From Cetorhinus maximus (Eukaryota), in contig NC_135881.1 of assembly GCF_964194155.1 (NCBI RefSeq), positions 209,250,001 through 209,314,000 on the forward strand: a DNA stretch of 64,000 bases. The letters run 5' to 3'. The translations under genes and the position numbers were made by a program. Positions 12,554 through 24,630 of this stretch are shown here, piece by piece (positions within the stretch are counted from its first letter, which is position 1; every line of letters begins with the position of its first letter). The notes under the pieces were generated by a model, which had not been told where the DNA came from, did no database searches, and saw nothing but the letters and a program-made list of their open reading frames with translations.

Positions 12554-13228
12554 TTTCTTCTCCACCGATGCTGCCAGACCTGCTGAGATTTTCCAGGTAA
12601 TTCTGTTTTTGTTTTGGATTTCCAGCATCCGCAGTAGCTTTTAGCTTTTTGTTTTTATCTCAATGTTTTAATAACCTGGTTCAGAAAAGAGGTATTCACT
12701 TACAAGTATTCACTGACAGGTGTTGCAATCTTCGCTCCACTCCTCCATGCACCATTCCCTAGGTGAGACAGCCAGCCCACTTCATGCTGCATATGTTGTA
12801 ACTCCCTCCTGCCTCCCATTTCCAGCTCCACATCTTACCCACGCGCAAGGCTGACCCTACTCAGTGAGCATTGCACAGACACCCAGGAAAGTCTACAGAC
12901 ACCAATTTGACAACCACTGTTCTAGCATGTCCAACCCTCCTATCTACAGTCTACAACCACATTTATTTTTACATAGTCAAGTGAAATATGCTTTTATAAC
13001 GCAGTAAATTAGCACAATTTCTCGACAGTTACATAGTAATCCAGCGAGGAAAAATAAATATAAAAATCAGCTGCCGCTCAGTGTGAATTAAATATTCCTC
13101 AAATTTACTAATACCGTTCATGGGGGTCATTGAGTTTAAATTGTAGGACACAGCAGTTAACCTACTGAAAACAGAAGCCTTACATCAGTGCTGTTGGATA
13201 ATTAAATGTCTGCTGAAAGGTCAGTTAC

Positions 13229-13259
13229 CACAATTGCTGTTCACAGGATGTCCACAGAC
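13229..13259 (-). other. Candidate small spliced exon; the acceptor is stronger than the donor
   Basis: Minus strand 'tttgtttcatcttcatttcag|GTCTGTGG...TGTG|gtaact'. Confidence 0.25.
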
Positions 13260-13548
13260 CTGAAATGAAGATGAAACAAATTTCAGCATGATTCATTTTT
13301 TTTTTAAATTTGAAACTCAGTGAGGATTCACTGAGACCAGTCAGAGTGGGAATACTTGAACAGATTTTACAAATAGGTTCCAGTATCAGACAGGCTTGAG
13401 TGGCTAATACTGCCCAACATTTATATGTTGTTTCATCATTTCTTGTTGCTGTGACAGAGATTGAGCTAAATAAAAAATAATATTCATTATGAAAATTCAC
13501 TGCCGTCATGTAAGTGAGGTACGCCTACATCTATTGAAGCAACCTTTG

Positions 13549-13676
13549 GGCCAGGACTTTATAGCTCTGCCGTGGAGTGTCTCCCCCTGGTGGATGCGGC
13601 GAGCCATTTAAATCTCCAGTCAGTTCGGCTGGACCATAATATCCCATCGAGTGGGAGGGGCTGTAAAATCCTGGCC
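13549..13676. mobile_element. Short Harbinger-type MITE, about 128 bp
   Basis: TIRs ggccaggactttatagc / gctgtaaaatcctggcc; TSD not preserved. Confidence 0.65.
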
Positions 13677-13904
13677 GGTTTACCGAGGGGTGGCTTACAC
13701 AAACCTCCCATATTTGCACTCCAGTTAGCCAATTCTCTGCTCGCATTTTGATGACTGAAAGCACATGGTGAGACATTAATAACACAATTTCACACTGCCA
13801 GTGCTGGTAGCTGCCATTACATTATTTTCATTGCCTCATCACAGTGCCTGTTAATGCTGATCTCTTATTTTTAAGGGTTAAAAATTGTGCAGACCAGGAA
13901 TCAG

Positions 13905-13995
13905 GCAGGCTGGGGTGTAGGATTAACTGGATGGCTCTTTCAAAGAGCTGGAACAGGCACGATGGGTTGAATGGTCTCCTTCTGTGTTCTATCAT
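13905..13995 (+). mobile_element. CR1-type 3' tail fragment
   Basis: 'gctctttcaaagagctggaacaggcacgatgggttgaatggtctccttctgtg'. Confidence 0.7.
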
Positions 13996-14310
13996 CTGTG
14001 ACTTCCTGATGTGCATTCCTGTCACTCAAAGCTCTGCGTTGGGATTGTTAATTTAAAATGTGCAAACATTTGAACTTCCACTGATTATCACTCAATTGAT
14101 CAACCAGTTGGGAACACAATATACAGGCATAAAAGAATTGGCACTAAACATTTGTTAGCAAATACTGGAAATGTTATTTGTGTTGACTCCCAGAACCACA
14201 CAACCTCCCTGACTGAAAGGATAAACAGCCAGCTTGTTATTAAATCTCTGCCAATGCTTTTATATTATTAGCTATTAAAGAGCTTTCGAGAGCGCAGCAG
14301 CTGGACTTAC

Positions 14311-14407
14311 CTTATTTGCGTTGTAAATAGAGCAGTCTGCATACAAGGTGCAGAATGAGTTCTCACCGGGGAAAATCGAAACCTTTTTCAGATTGCCTTT
14401 TAGTGAA
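14311..14407 (-). other. Candidate 97-nt spliced exon of an unidentified minus-strand transcript
   Basis: Branch-like 'gttaac', pyrimidine tract 'cctttgcttttcctttgcatcatag|', perfect donor 'AAG|GTAAGT'; one open frame (SLKGNLKKVSIFPGENSFCTLYADCSIYNANK), which I do not recognise. Confidence 0.4.
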
Positions 14408-14614
14408 CTATGATGCAAAGGAAAAGCAAAGGTGTTAACAGTTATGGGACTGTGACGGGAGCTGATGGGGAATTGTTCAAATTCAGACACACATGCGACA
14501 AGTAACTGCACAGCTTTAAGGATAAGATAACGCTGAGAATAACAACAATATCATTAAGCACATCGGTCTGGAAAAATTAATGCCTCAAGGTTCTAAATCT
14601 GATTGTGAAGAGCC

Positions 14615-16404
14615 TCCAGAGTACAACACTGGCATCTATCTGAAAATGTAAAAAAAAAAAAATGCCCGGATATATCCTGTCTATAAAAACAGGACAAATC
14701 CAATCCAGCAAATTATCTTCCATCAGTCCTTCTTTTAATCAGCAGAGTGCTGGAGGGTAGGATTGCCAACTGTGATTAAATGTATTCCTGGAGGTTCCTA
14801 TACATGACTTGCCCCCATGCTCCAGCCATTAGTCGGCCAACACATCCGTTCTTGTGAAGTACTGCCTTCCGAAGCCAATTCTAAAGCAAAAAGATTCATT
14901 ACTGGATGACACTTGCCTATCAGCCAAACAGCCATTTCTCCCCCATTTTCAATATTTTTATATCTAGTAAAGGGAAAGGTTCAAGGAAAATGACAAAAAG
15001 ACCATCTTTTTTTAATATCATGATGATTTTTCAGCAGGATTGCATGCAGGAACATCCTGGAGATTGATTTTCAATTCGTGGAGACTCCAGGCCAATCCTG
15101 GAGGGTTGGCAACCCTAATGGAAGGGGTTATTGACATTGTGATCAAGCAGCCCTTAACCAGTAATAACCTACTCACTGACACTCAGTTTGGGTTCTGCCA
15201 GGATCACTCAGCTCCTGGCCTCATTACAGCCTTGGCCCAAACATGGACAAATGAACTGACATCAAATGGCAGGTGAGAGTGACTGCCCTAGCAAATCCCA
15301 GCAAAACTGGAGTCAATGGGAACCAGGTGGAAAACGCTCCACTGGTTGGAGTCATACCTAGCACAAAGGAAGTTTGTTGTGGCTGTTGGAAGTCAATCAT
15401 CTGATTCCCAGGTCATCATTCATCCTCGGGGTAGCATACTAGGCCCAGCCATCTTCAGCTGCTTTATCAATAACCTTTCCTCCATGATAAGGTCAGAAGC
15501 GGGGATGTTCGCTGATGATTGCACAGTGTTCAGCACCATTTGTGACTCTTCCGATACTGAAGCAGTCCGTGTCCAAATGCAGCAATACCTGGACAATATC
15601 CAGGCTTGGGCTGACAAGTGGCAAGTAACATTCGCGCCACACAAGTGCCAGGCAATGACCATCTCCAACAAGAGAGAATCTAACCATCTCCCCTTGATGT
15701 TCAATGGCATTGCCATCGCTAAATCCCCCACTATTAACATCCTGGGGGATTACCATTGACCAGAAACTGAACTGGACCAGCCATATAAATACTGTGACTA
15801 CAAGATCATAACAGAAGTTGGGAATTCTGCCGTGAGTAACTCACCTCCTGACTCCCCAAAGATACCCGATAAAGCACAAATCAGGAGTACGATAGATTGC
15901 ACACACCGCCACTTGCCTGGATGAGTGCAGTTCCAACAACACGCAAGATGCTCAACGCCATCCAGGTCAAAGCAGTCTTCTTGATCAGCTCTCCATCCAC
16001 CACCTCCTGCATTCACTCCCTCCACCACTGACCCACAGTGGCAGCAGTGTATCCATCTACGAGATGCACTGCAGCAACTCACCAATGTTTCTTTGACAGC
16101 ACCTTCTAAACCTGCGACCTCTACTACATAGAAGGACAAGGGCAGCAAATGCATGCGAACACCACCAACTGCAAGTTGCCCTCCAAGTCACAGACCATCC
16201 TGACTTGGAAATATATCGCCGTTCCTTCACTGTCGCTGGGTCAAAATCCTGGAACTCCCTTCCTAACAGCACTGTGGGTGTACCTACACCACATGGACTG
16301 CAGCGGTTCAAGAAGGCAGCTCACCACCACCTTCTCAAGGGTAATTAAGGATGGGCAATAAATGTTGGCCTAGCCTGCAGCACCCACACCCTGTGAAAGA
16401 ATAT
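14615..16404 (+). mobile_element. 5'-truncated copy of the tRNA-headed APE-RT LINE family
   Basis: RT motifs 'QFGFCQDHS', 'GSILGPAIFSCFIN', 'MFADDCT' and 'QAWADKWQVTF'; colinear with 26168-27620; same 3' tail. Confidence 0.9.
14758..15117. mobile_element. hAT (Tip100-like) MITE nested in the LINE RT
   Basis: TIRs taggattgccaac / gttggcaacccta; 8-bp flanks ctggaggg / atggaagg (6/8 identical); the LINE reading resumes on the other side. Confidence 0.8.
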
Positions 16405-16501
16405 ATTGAAGAGAGAGTCTGTGATGCCTCAGATGTTCCAAAGACCTGATTCAGCACAGGATGGATACATATGAGGATATACAGATTATGTAGTAGATAC
16501 A

Positions 16502-17110
16502 GGGCTGAATTTTGTGAAGTTGTGTGAAGGCAGATGGGCGCGAACCCGATCGGCGCCCCCAATCAGGGACATGCCGCCATTTTATGTGGGTGGGCCAATT
16601 AAGGCCCGCCCTGCTTGACGATCTCCCGGAAGCGCTGAGCGCTCCCTGTGCGGGCGGTGGGCAGGGATTCCCTGAGTCGTTCCCTGCGCTCTTCCACGCA
16701 AGGAGGTGCCTCAGGGAGATCGGTTTGACATGTTTAAATTTAAATAAAGGGAGATAAAAACCTTTAAAATACGTCCCCTCATTCTGTCACATGAGCTGGG
16801 ACATGTGAAAGAATAATTTTTAAAATTTTTATTGACTTTTAAAACACTTTATGAAACCTCATCCCGCCCGTGAATGAGAAGGCCGCCTGGGCTCTTTGTT
16901 TGCCGCCAACCTTAAGGTCGGACGGGCAGCTCAGCTAATTGAATTAATTACTATTTAAATGGCCTTAATAGGCCTTTGACAGTTCGTGGGCATGCAGCCA
17001 AACTGAAAATCTAAATGACGCGCAGTGACATCTGCCCAACATCACCGCGCGTCATTTTACGCATCGGCGAGCGGACCCCGCTCCCACGCTCCAACCAGAC
17101 AATTCTGCCC
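16502..17110 (-). mobile_element. PIF/Harbinger MITE, opposite orientation to the 8490 and 18394 copies
   Basis: TIRs gggctgaatt / aattctgccc; flanks aca/ata; 'gccgccattttatgtgggtgggccaattaaggccc' is close to the reverse complement of 18956-18990. Confidence 0.85.
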
Positions 17111-18155
17111 ATAGAAAATAAAAACTGGGTAGGGCTGCAGCCTTATATAGGAAAGAAACCTTAGTTACAAAGGATATGGAGCTATCTGATTCAGGTACAG
17201 AATGTAGAGATCCTGTCGACAAGGACAAGGGGCAGAGAACTGATTCTGACCACCTGCTACTGAGTACTTACAGGTGTCCAACAGGCTGATGTGATGCATC
17301 TAGTGTGTGGGTGAAGAGAATTGGTGTGCTTCCCATTGTTTGTGCGCTAGTTTGCTACTCACTGCAAAAAGGAGAGCCAATATGTTTACGTCTCTCCCTT
17401 TTTGTTCACCAGCTCTCTATCGACAAGCCCTCTGCTGTTCCTCCTTGAGGCAGCACATGGAAACCGGGTCCTTCACAGCTTCAGGCTAAAGCTTCAGAGG
17501 AACTGAGAGTGGGTTTGGTCCCCAGACAGGCATAGTGCAGGCCCACCAGCATGTGGATACACCCAGGCACTCATGAACCAAACCTTCAGCTGTGAACAGG
17601 TCCCCGTGGGCACCTCAGGAGAGTTGATGATTAAGGGGATAAAGCCCAATAAAAATATGGAGTGGAGCCCAATTTAGACTGATGTCTAAATATGTCATCT
17701 TTCTGGCATCTCCTGTAACCAAGCCGATGCTAAACGTAGAGCTCTGCATTCCTTTGGACTCAACCAGGGAGGTCAAGAGGGGGACCCTGATGTTTGGGGA
17801 GCCCAGAGTCTCCATAAATTTTACCCAGGCTTGTACCCTCTAGAGGACACTCCAGTTTTGCCGTAGGGCATTAACATAACACAGGAGACAACAGTTATGA
17901 GCAATAATAAAGCTCAGCCGGCCAATAGGAGAGCCTAGAGAAAACAGAGGCCAACAAATCCTGTACCTTCTCAGCCCACCTGCCTTCATCTGCAACAGAT
18001 CTGGCAGAGTTTACCATGCTCGAGCGGGGTTCCGGAACCACACCAGGTGATGTTTCACAGGGTTGACCACCAAGGCACAAACCATTGTCTCATGAGACAG
18101 AGGCTGTTAATTACATTGAGCACCAGAACAGAGGGAAGGATTTTAGGGAAATAAA

Positions 18156-20210
18156 TGTTAGGAACTAGAGATAGATTTAAGTAAGTTATATGTATATTTG
18201 TGCATGTTAGCAATAAGCTCTAGATTGAAGTTTAAATTTAAGTTTTTGCTTTAAGTTTAATCTATATTTTGTGTGTGTGTGTGTGTTTGTTAAGAAAGGA
18301 GAAATCTGGGTTTTCATTTCGCTTCAGAATGTTGCCTGCAAGTCTGTGGGTTTGTTTGTGTACCTGCATTTTAATGAGATTTTACAACCCTTGGGCCTGA
18401 ATTTTCCCGTTGGCGATTTGGGGGCGGGGCCCGCTCGCCGAGGGGAAAATGACGCGGGATGAGGTCAGGAGGAATCCCCAACGTCATCCCGGTCCCTTTA
18501 AATTTTTAGTAAGGCGGGCGGACAGCGAAATCAGCTGTCCACCCGCCAACCTGTCAATGGCAAATCGAGGCCATTGACAGGCTATTTAAAGTAATTAAAG
18601 ACCTGCCCGTCCAACCTTAAGGCTGGTGGGCAGACCAGGAGCCCCAGGGGGCTCCAGATTAGTCATGAAATTTCATTCCACTTGCGGGACGAAGTTTCAT
18701 GTCTGTTTTTTTAAAATGTAATAAATTTTAAGTGTTTATTATTAACATGTCCCATATCGTGTGACATTGTCATTGTTAATAATTCTTTAAATTTTGTATT
18801 TTTAAAGTTTTGCGGACTGCCATGAATCTCCCTGAGACAGCACTTAGTCTCAGGGAACAGTGCGCTCTTTCGTGCGCATGCGTGAAAGAGCGCACTTTGA
18901 CAGCTGGGGAATCCCTCCCCCACCCCTGTACTTCCCATTGGGCAGGGTGCTGGGTGGGCCTTAATTGGCCCGCCCACTTAAAATGGCGGCGGGCCCCATT
19001 TCGATGGCGGGTGTCAGCTGCCCACTCGCCGCCGAGCCGGTGGGGCCCACCCACCATCCGAGGGAAAAATTCTGCCCTTGAAGTGGAGAGCTGTGTTTCA
19101 AGGGGAGTCAGTAGTTTAAGGAAGTTAAAACAAAGTGGAAAAAACTGTGCTGTTGCCTAGCAACAGGAGACCTACAGAGAGAGAGAGAGAAACGGAAAAG
19201 CAGTTTGAGTTCAGTTTTTCTGTGGATTCCGCAGGGTGAGGAAGCTGAACAGGAGAGGGAACTGCAGAGAGCATATTTCTCAAAAAGAACAGAAGAAAGT
19301 TCCAGAAACTAACAAGTTGGGACAAAAGAAAGTCCAAAGAAGACAGTTAGGCCAAGGCACAAGAACAGGGATTGGGAACAGGTCCTGTTCAGTGAAGCTA
19401 AAGCAAAGACCAGAGGGAAAGACTCCAAATTAAAGACAGAAAACTACAGGAAGCAAACTTAAAGCAAAATAGGCTTGTGAGAAGCCAGAAGATTCCAGGA
19501 GACAGCCAAAGGTAGGTGACTCCTTACTATGGGCCTGTGAAGCAGTGGTGTTCTGTTGGCACAGCTGAGTATCTGAGAAAGTGCATGGAAGATGATGCTT
19601 GAATGCACGTGGCAATCTAGGGGAGTGGAACATCAGAAAGAGAGGTTAAATCTCTAGAGGTGAATCCTTGTTTAAGACATCCAGGTGGAAGCATAGATTT
19701 GGAGAGAATTCCAAGGTGAGGTCTTCGAGAGTAGAGATTGAAAACCCTAGTGTGAAAGATGGAGTTCGGTGAGACCGGTTAGCTCACAGTATGACAAGCG
19801 TCTGGAGGCAGTTGATGAGAGATCCAAACTATCTGTTTGGGTGGCATCTGTCACTTGATCTTGGAGTATGGCGTGTCTGACCACAGGTCACCTATTGGTA
19901 CATGGACTGTATACTTACTGTAAACATTAGAGTATAAGATAGATTTTTTTGTAACCTGTGTTACTCTTACAAATCTGTATATATCTGTAAAGGTGTGGTT
20001 GTGGACGAAGGAGTATTGTAATATAGTTTGTCTTTTTTTGTTTAATAAATGTTTTATTCTTTTGTTAAAAGTACCTCAGCAGACTCTGTGCCACTGTTCA
20101 GTAGCCACCCTCCACGTTTCTAAACAAAAAATAAAAGTTAGGATCTATCAAGCCGGGTTCCACCCTGAGATCTGACTTGTCCAGTGGTAACATCAGCTGG
20201 AATCATAACA
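18156..20210 (+). mobile_element. Solo LTR family A copy 2, interrupted by a Harbinger MITE
   Basis: TGTTAGG...TCATAACA; perfect 4-bp TSD 'taaa' (18152-18155 and 20211-20214). Confidence 0.9.
18394..19077 (+). mobile_element. PIF/Harbinger MITE nested in the LTR
   Basis: TIRs ggcctgaattttcc / ggaaaaattctgccc; perfect 3-bp TSD ttg (18391-18393 and 19078-19080). Confidence 0.9.
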
Positions 20211-20317
20211 TAAAGGAAGTATCTGTTCCAGGTGAAACATTAGAAAGCATCCTAAAAGAGTCAACAATGACGCAGTGAAGTGTGATAAAGAATGGTATGC
20301 TATAGCAAGGTGCTTTT

Positions 20318-20472
20318 TAAAATTCTTTCATGGGGATGTGGATTTGTTGCCCATCCCTAATTGTCCTTGAACTGAGTGTCTTGCTATGTCCTTTCAGAGG
20401 ACGTTTGAGAGTCAACCACATTGCTGTGGGTCTGGACTCACATGTACATCAGGCCAGGTAAGGACAGCAAGA
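20318..20472 (-). mobile_element. tRNA-derived SINE (head+tail of the tRNA-headed LINE), 5'-truncated
   Basis: Minus strand joins leader sequence '...catagcaagacactcagt' to tail 'tcaaggacaattagggatgggc'. Confidence 0.8.
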
Positions 20473-20477
20473 TAAAA

Positions 20478-20606
20478 GGAAAATACTGCGGAAGCTGGAA
20501 ACCTGAAATAAAAACAGAAAATGCGGAAAAACTCAGCAGGTTTGGCAACATCTATGGAGAATGAAACAGAGTTATTGTTTCAAGCCCACGTGACTCTCCT
20601 TCAAGT
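20478..20606 (-). mobile_element. Penelope-like pLTR fragment with a decayed hammerhead
   Basis: 'gctggaaacctgaaataaaaacagaaaatgcggaaaaactcagcagg' matches the 12 kb arms; hammerhead remnant at about 20569-20606. Confidence 0.75.
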
Positions 20607-21612
20607 CCCCAGGTCCTGATGGATAACTTCTTAGGGTCTTAAAAGAAATGGCTGCTGAATAGTGGATGCATTGATTTTAATTTTTCACAATTCTCGAGAA
20701 TCTGGAAAGGCCCCATCAGCTTGGAAAGTAGCAAATGTGACTCCTCTATTCAAGAAAGAAGTGAGACAGAAAGTAGGAAACTACAAATCAATCGCCTTAA
20801 CATCTGTCATAGGGGAAATGCTGGAATCTATTATTAAGGAGGTTATAGTGGGGCACTTTTGACAGGCAGAGTCAACATGGTTTTGTGAAAGGGAAATCAT
20901 GCTTGGCTAATTTATTGGAGTTTTTTGAGGAAGCAACAAGCAACTTGGATAAAGGGGAACCTGTGGCTGTGCTGCACCGAGATTTCCAGAAGGCATTTGA
21001 AAAGGTGCCACATCAATGGATATTATATAAATAAAAGCTCATGTTGTAGGGTGTAACATATTAGCATGGATGGAGAAACAAAAACAGAAAATGCTGGAAA
21101 AACTCAGCAGGTCTAACAGCATCTGTGGATAGAGCTCTGAAGAAGGGTCACACGGACTTAAAATGTTAGCCCTGTTTCTCTCTCCAAAGATGCGGCTGGA
21201 CCTGCTGAGATTTTCCTGCATTTTCTGCTTTTGTTTCAGATTTCCAGCATCTGCAATATTTTGCTTTCAGCATGGATAGAGGACTCATTAACTAACAGGA
21301 ACCAGAGGGTGGACATAAGTGAATTGGCAAGGTATGATGAGTGGAGTGCCACAGGGATCAGTGCTGGGGTCTCAACTATTTACAATTTATATCAATGATT
21401 TGGATGAAAGGACAGAATTTATGGTTGTTAAATTTGCTGATGGCACAAAGGTAGTAAGTTAGGAAAAGGACATAAGGAGTCTGCAAAGGGATATAGGCAG
21501 GTTAAGTGAGTGGGCAAAAACTTGGCAGGTGGAGTATGATGTGGGAAAATGTGAACTTGCCCAATTTGGCAGGAAGAGTAGAAAAGCTGCATATTATTTT
21601 AATGGAAAGAGA
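20607..21612 (+). mobile_element. CR1 LINE RT fragment
   Basis: 'WKVANVTPLFKK...GNYKSIALTSVIGEMLESII', QHGF, and GVPQGSVLG / FAD motifs. Confidence 0.9.
21076..21268. mobile_element. Mini Penelope-like hairpin insertion with a hammerhead remnant (CUGAAGA core)
   Basis: Inverted arms at about 21076-21129 and 21183-21236; 13-bp TSD agcatggat(g/a)gag at 21063-21075 and 21269-21281; agagct-CTGAAGA-a-gggtc[acacg]gactt-aAAA-tG-TT-agccct at 21131-21173. Confidence 0.85.
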
Positions 21613-21613
21613 T

Positions 21614-21770
21614 TCTTTTTATTCATTCAAGGGATGCGGTTGTTGCTGGCTAGGCCAGCATTTATTGGCCATCCCTAATTGCCGTTGAGAAAATGGTGAG
21701 CCTTGAACTGCTGCAGTCCATGTGGTGTTGCTTAAGGAGCATTGGTGAACTCCTGTAATGCATCTTGTAG
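21614..21770 (-). mobile_element. Deleted 3' fragment of the tRNA-headed LINE family
   Basis: 'ccagcatttattggccatccctaattgcc...ctgcagtccatgtggtg'. Confidence 0.8.
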
Positions 21771-21774
21771 AGAA

Positions 21775-22657
21775 GATCTCATTGAAACTAAAAATTCTGT
21801 GGATGTGAGTTACTTTGATTTCAGTACGAGTTTTAATCCTATGCCATAAAAGCAATTAACCCATAAAGTAGGAAGGGATGGACTTGGAAGCAACCTTTGA
21901 AAGTGTATTGGAATTTGTTAAATGAGAGAAAACAGAGTGGTCAGGAGAGGAATGGAATATGGGTGATAAGGGGTTACTAACGGGATAAGGGGACAAGGGC
22001 TAGTGGTGGACCCGTTATTTTTACAAATAATAATTGATTTGGAATGGGGGATAGAAACACAACTATTGAGATTTGCAGATGATGCCAATTTGCAGGGAAA
22101 AGGTTGAGACAATAGGGAATATGGAAATAAAAGTACAAAGAGATTGGGATGGTTTGTAAAATTAGCTGTTGAATGGCAAATGGCACTTAATTTGGACAAA
22201 TGCATGGTAACAAGAGTGGGGAAAAGAATTAAACAGTGTGATTACGAACTGAATGGCTTTACGCTACAGGACACAAACGGTACATGTCAAGAAGTAATGA
22301 TGGATATTACATTGAACCCAACATTATAATGTGCAGAACAGGAATGCTAACCAGATCTAACCAGAAGATTACAGCCCAATTCTCAGTAGATGATGAATCT
22401 GCACAAGACAGTAGTATGGCCACATCTGAAACACTCTGCAACATTTTGATTGGTGTGTTACACCAAGGATATCTAGACATTAGAGACAGCAAAGAAAAGG
22501 ACAACCAAACTAAGACCTAGTTTGAGGTATCAAAACTATTTGGAGAGTTGGAAAGGCCTGGGGATTATTTACCCTGAAGAAGAAAATGTTTATAGGGAGA
22601 CGTTATTCAAGATTCTTGAGAGAATAGTTAATTTGAACCTCAATAATATGTTTGAAG
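21775..22657 (+). mobile_element. Ancient CR1/L3 RT remnant; its 3' end continues at about 23990-24190
   Basis: 'agatttgcagatgat' (FADD) and 'WQMALNLDKC'; highly diverged. Confidence 0.65.
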
Positions 22658-23985
22658 ATAGAAACATAGGACTTATGAGCAGGAGGAGGCATTTGGCCAT
22701 TCCAGCCTACTCCACCATTCAATAAGATCAAGGCTGATTTGGTTGTGGTCTCAACTCAAATTCCCTGTCTGCCCTCTATAACCCTTGACTCCCTTGTCTA
22801 TCGGAAATCTATCTAACTTAGCCTTGAATGAATTAAGTGACCCACCCTCCAATGCTTTCTGGGGAAGAGATATCCATAGGCTAATGACCGTCCGAGAGAA
22901 AAAATTCCTCCTCAGCTCCGTCTTAAAAGGGAGACCACTTATTTTGAAACCACATCCCCAAGTCTCTCCCACAAGGGGAAACATCCTCTCCGCATTCACC
23001 CTAACAAGTCCCCTCAGGGTCTTGTATGTTTCAATAATATCACGTCTCGTTCTTCTAAACTCCAATGGGCATAGACACAACCTGTTCAACCTTTCTTCAT
23101 TAGATAAGCCCTTCATCCCAGGAATGAGTCAAATGAATCTTTTCTGAACTGCTTCCAATGAAATTATATCCTTTTTTTCAAATAAGGAAGCAAGAATTGT
23201 ACACGGTTTTCCAAATGCGGTCTCACCAAGGCCCTGTACAGCTGCAGTAAAACTTCCCTACTTTTATATTCCATTCCCCTTGCAATAAACACCAACATTC
23301 AATTTACCTTCTTAATTACTTGCTGTACCAGCATACTAACTTTTTGTGATTTACCTACCAGATCCTTCTGTACCACCAAGTTCTACAATCTCTCTCCATT
23401 TAAGTAGTATACTGCTTTTCTATTTTTTGCTACCAAAGTGGACAAATTCACATTTTCCCACATTGTACTCCATCTGCCAAATATTTGCCAACTTGTTTAA
23501 CCTGTCTATATTCCTTTGGAAACTATTTCCTCTTCACAGCTTACTTTCCTACCTATCTTGTTGTCATCGGCAAATTTAACCACCATACGTTCAGTCTCTT
23601 CATCCAGTTCATTGATATAGATTGTAAATAGTTGAGGCCCCAGCACTAATTCCTGTGGTATTCCGCTAGTTGCAACTTGACAACCCAAAAAGACCCATGT
23701 ACCCCTACTCTCTGCTTCCTGTTAGCTAACCAATCCTTTATCCATGCTAATATGTTACCCACTACACCATGTGCTCTTACCTTGTGTAGTAACCTTTGAT
23801 GTGGCACCTTATTAAATACTCTTTGGAAATCCAAATACACCACATCTACAGGTTCCCCCTTATCCACCTTGCTCGTTACTTCTTCAAAAAACCCAAATGA
23901 ATTACTTAAACACAACTTCGCTTTCACAAAATCATGTTGACACCATTATGATTTTCTAAGCATCCTGCTATAACCTCCTTAATAG
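22658..23985 (-). mobile_element. CR1 (HER1-like) LINE 3' part
   Basis: 'DVVYLDFQRVFNKVPHQRLL', 'GIPQELVLGPQLFTIYIN', 'KFADDN', 'RRNFFSRTVISLW', then the 3' UTR. Confidence 0.92.
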
Positions 23986-24245
23986 CATTGCCTGAAGGAC
24001 AGGGGATCAGACTTGGAAAGAGAAAGATTCGCAGGCAGTTTAGGTTAGCTACTTTATGTGGTCAGTGACTGTATGGAATAGACCGCCAGAGAGGGACTGG
24101 AGGCAAATAATATGGATAAACCTGAATTGATATTTCAGGGATTGGCCAATTGATCAGTATTAAATTCTGGGACTTGTTAAATAGATTATAGACCCCCTTT
24201 TGGTAATTTATTTCCCTATTTCTTGATGTGAATTCCAATGGTGGA

Positions 24246-24630
24246 GGGAGGAGACAGTGGCACCTTGGTTCTGTCATGCAACTAGTAATCGAAAGGCCCA
24301 GACGAATACTTTAGGGATACGGGTTCAAATGCCACCACAACAGCTGGTAGAATACAAATTTAATTAATAAATCAGGATTATAAAGCCAGCCTCAGTAATG
24401 GTGACCAGGGCAACTATCATCAATTGTCATAAAAAAACCATCTGGTTGACTAATGTCTTTTGAAGAAGGAAAACTACCATCATTACCTGGTCTGGCCTAC
24501 ATGTGACTCCAGACCCACAGTAATGTGTTTGATTCTTAACTGCCCCTCTGAAATGGCCTAGCAAGACACTCTGTTCATAGCCAATTAGGGATGGGCAACA
24601 AATCTGACCTTGACAGCAACACAATGAATT
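24246..24630 (+). mobile_element. Full-length tRNA-derived SINE (LINE leader + LINE tail)
   Basis: B-box 'gggttcaaatgcc' near 24321; body colinear with the reverse complement of 29120-29431; ends in the LINE tail 'caattagggatgggcaa'. Confidence 0.85.

Larger units (their letters stand above)
12011..12660. mobile_element. Penelope-like element fragment with inverted pLTR (long hairpin)
   Basis: Near-identical inverted arms 12011-12243 and 12380-12612 (about 233 bp, 136-bp spacer); 13-bp direct repeat 'caatgttttaata' at 11999-12011 and 12661-12673; hammerhead motif in each arm. Confidence 0.85.
11888..12919. mobile_element. hAT-Charlie (MER5-like) non-autonomous element, host to the Penelope hairpin
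   Basis: Ends 'tagacgttctcaaactt' and 'tttgacaaccactg' resemble CAGTGGTTCTCAAA TIRs; right flank 'ttctagca' fits the Charlie target preference; TSD is imperfect. Confidence 0.5.
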
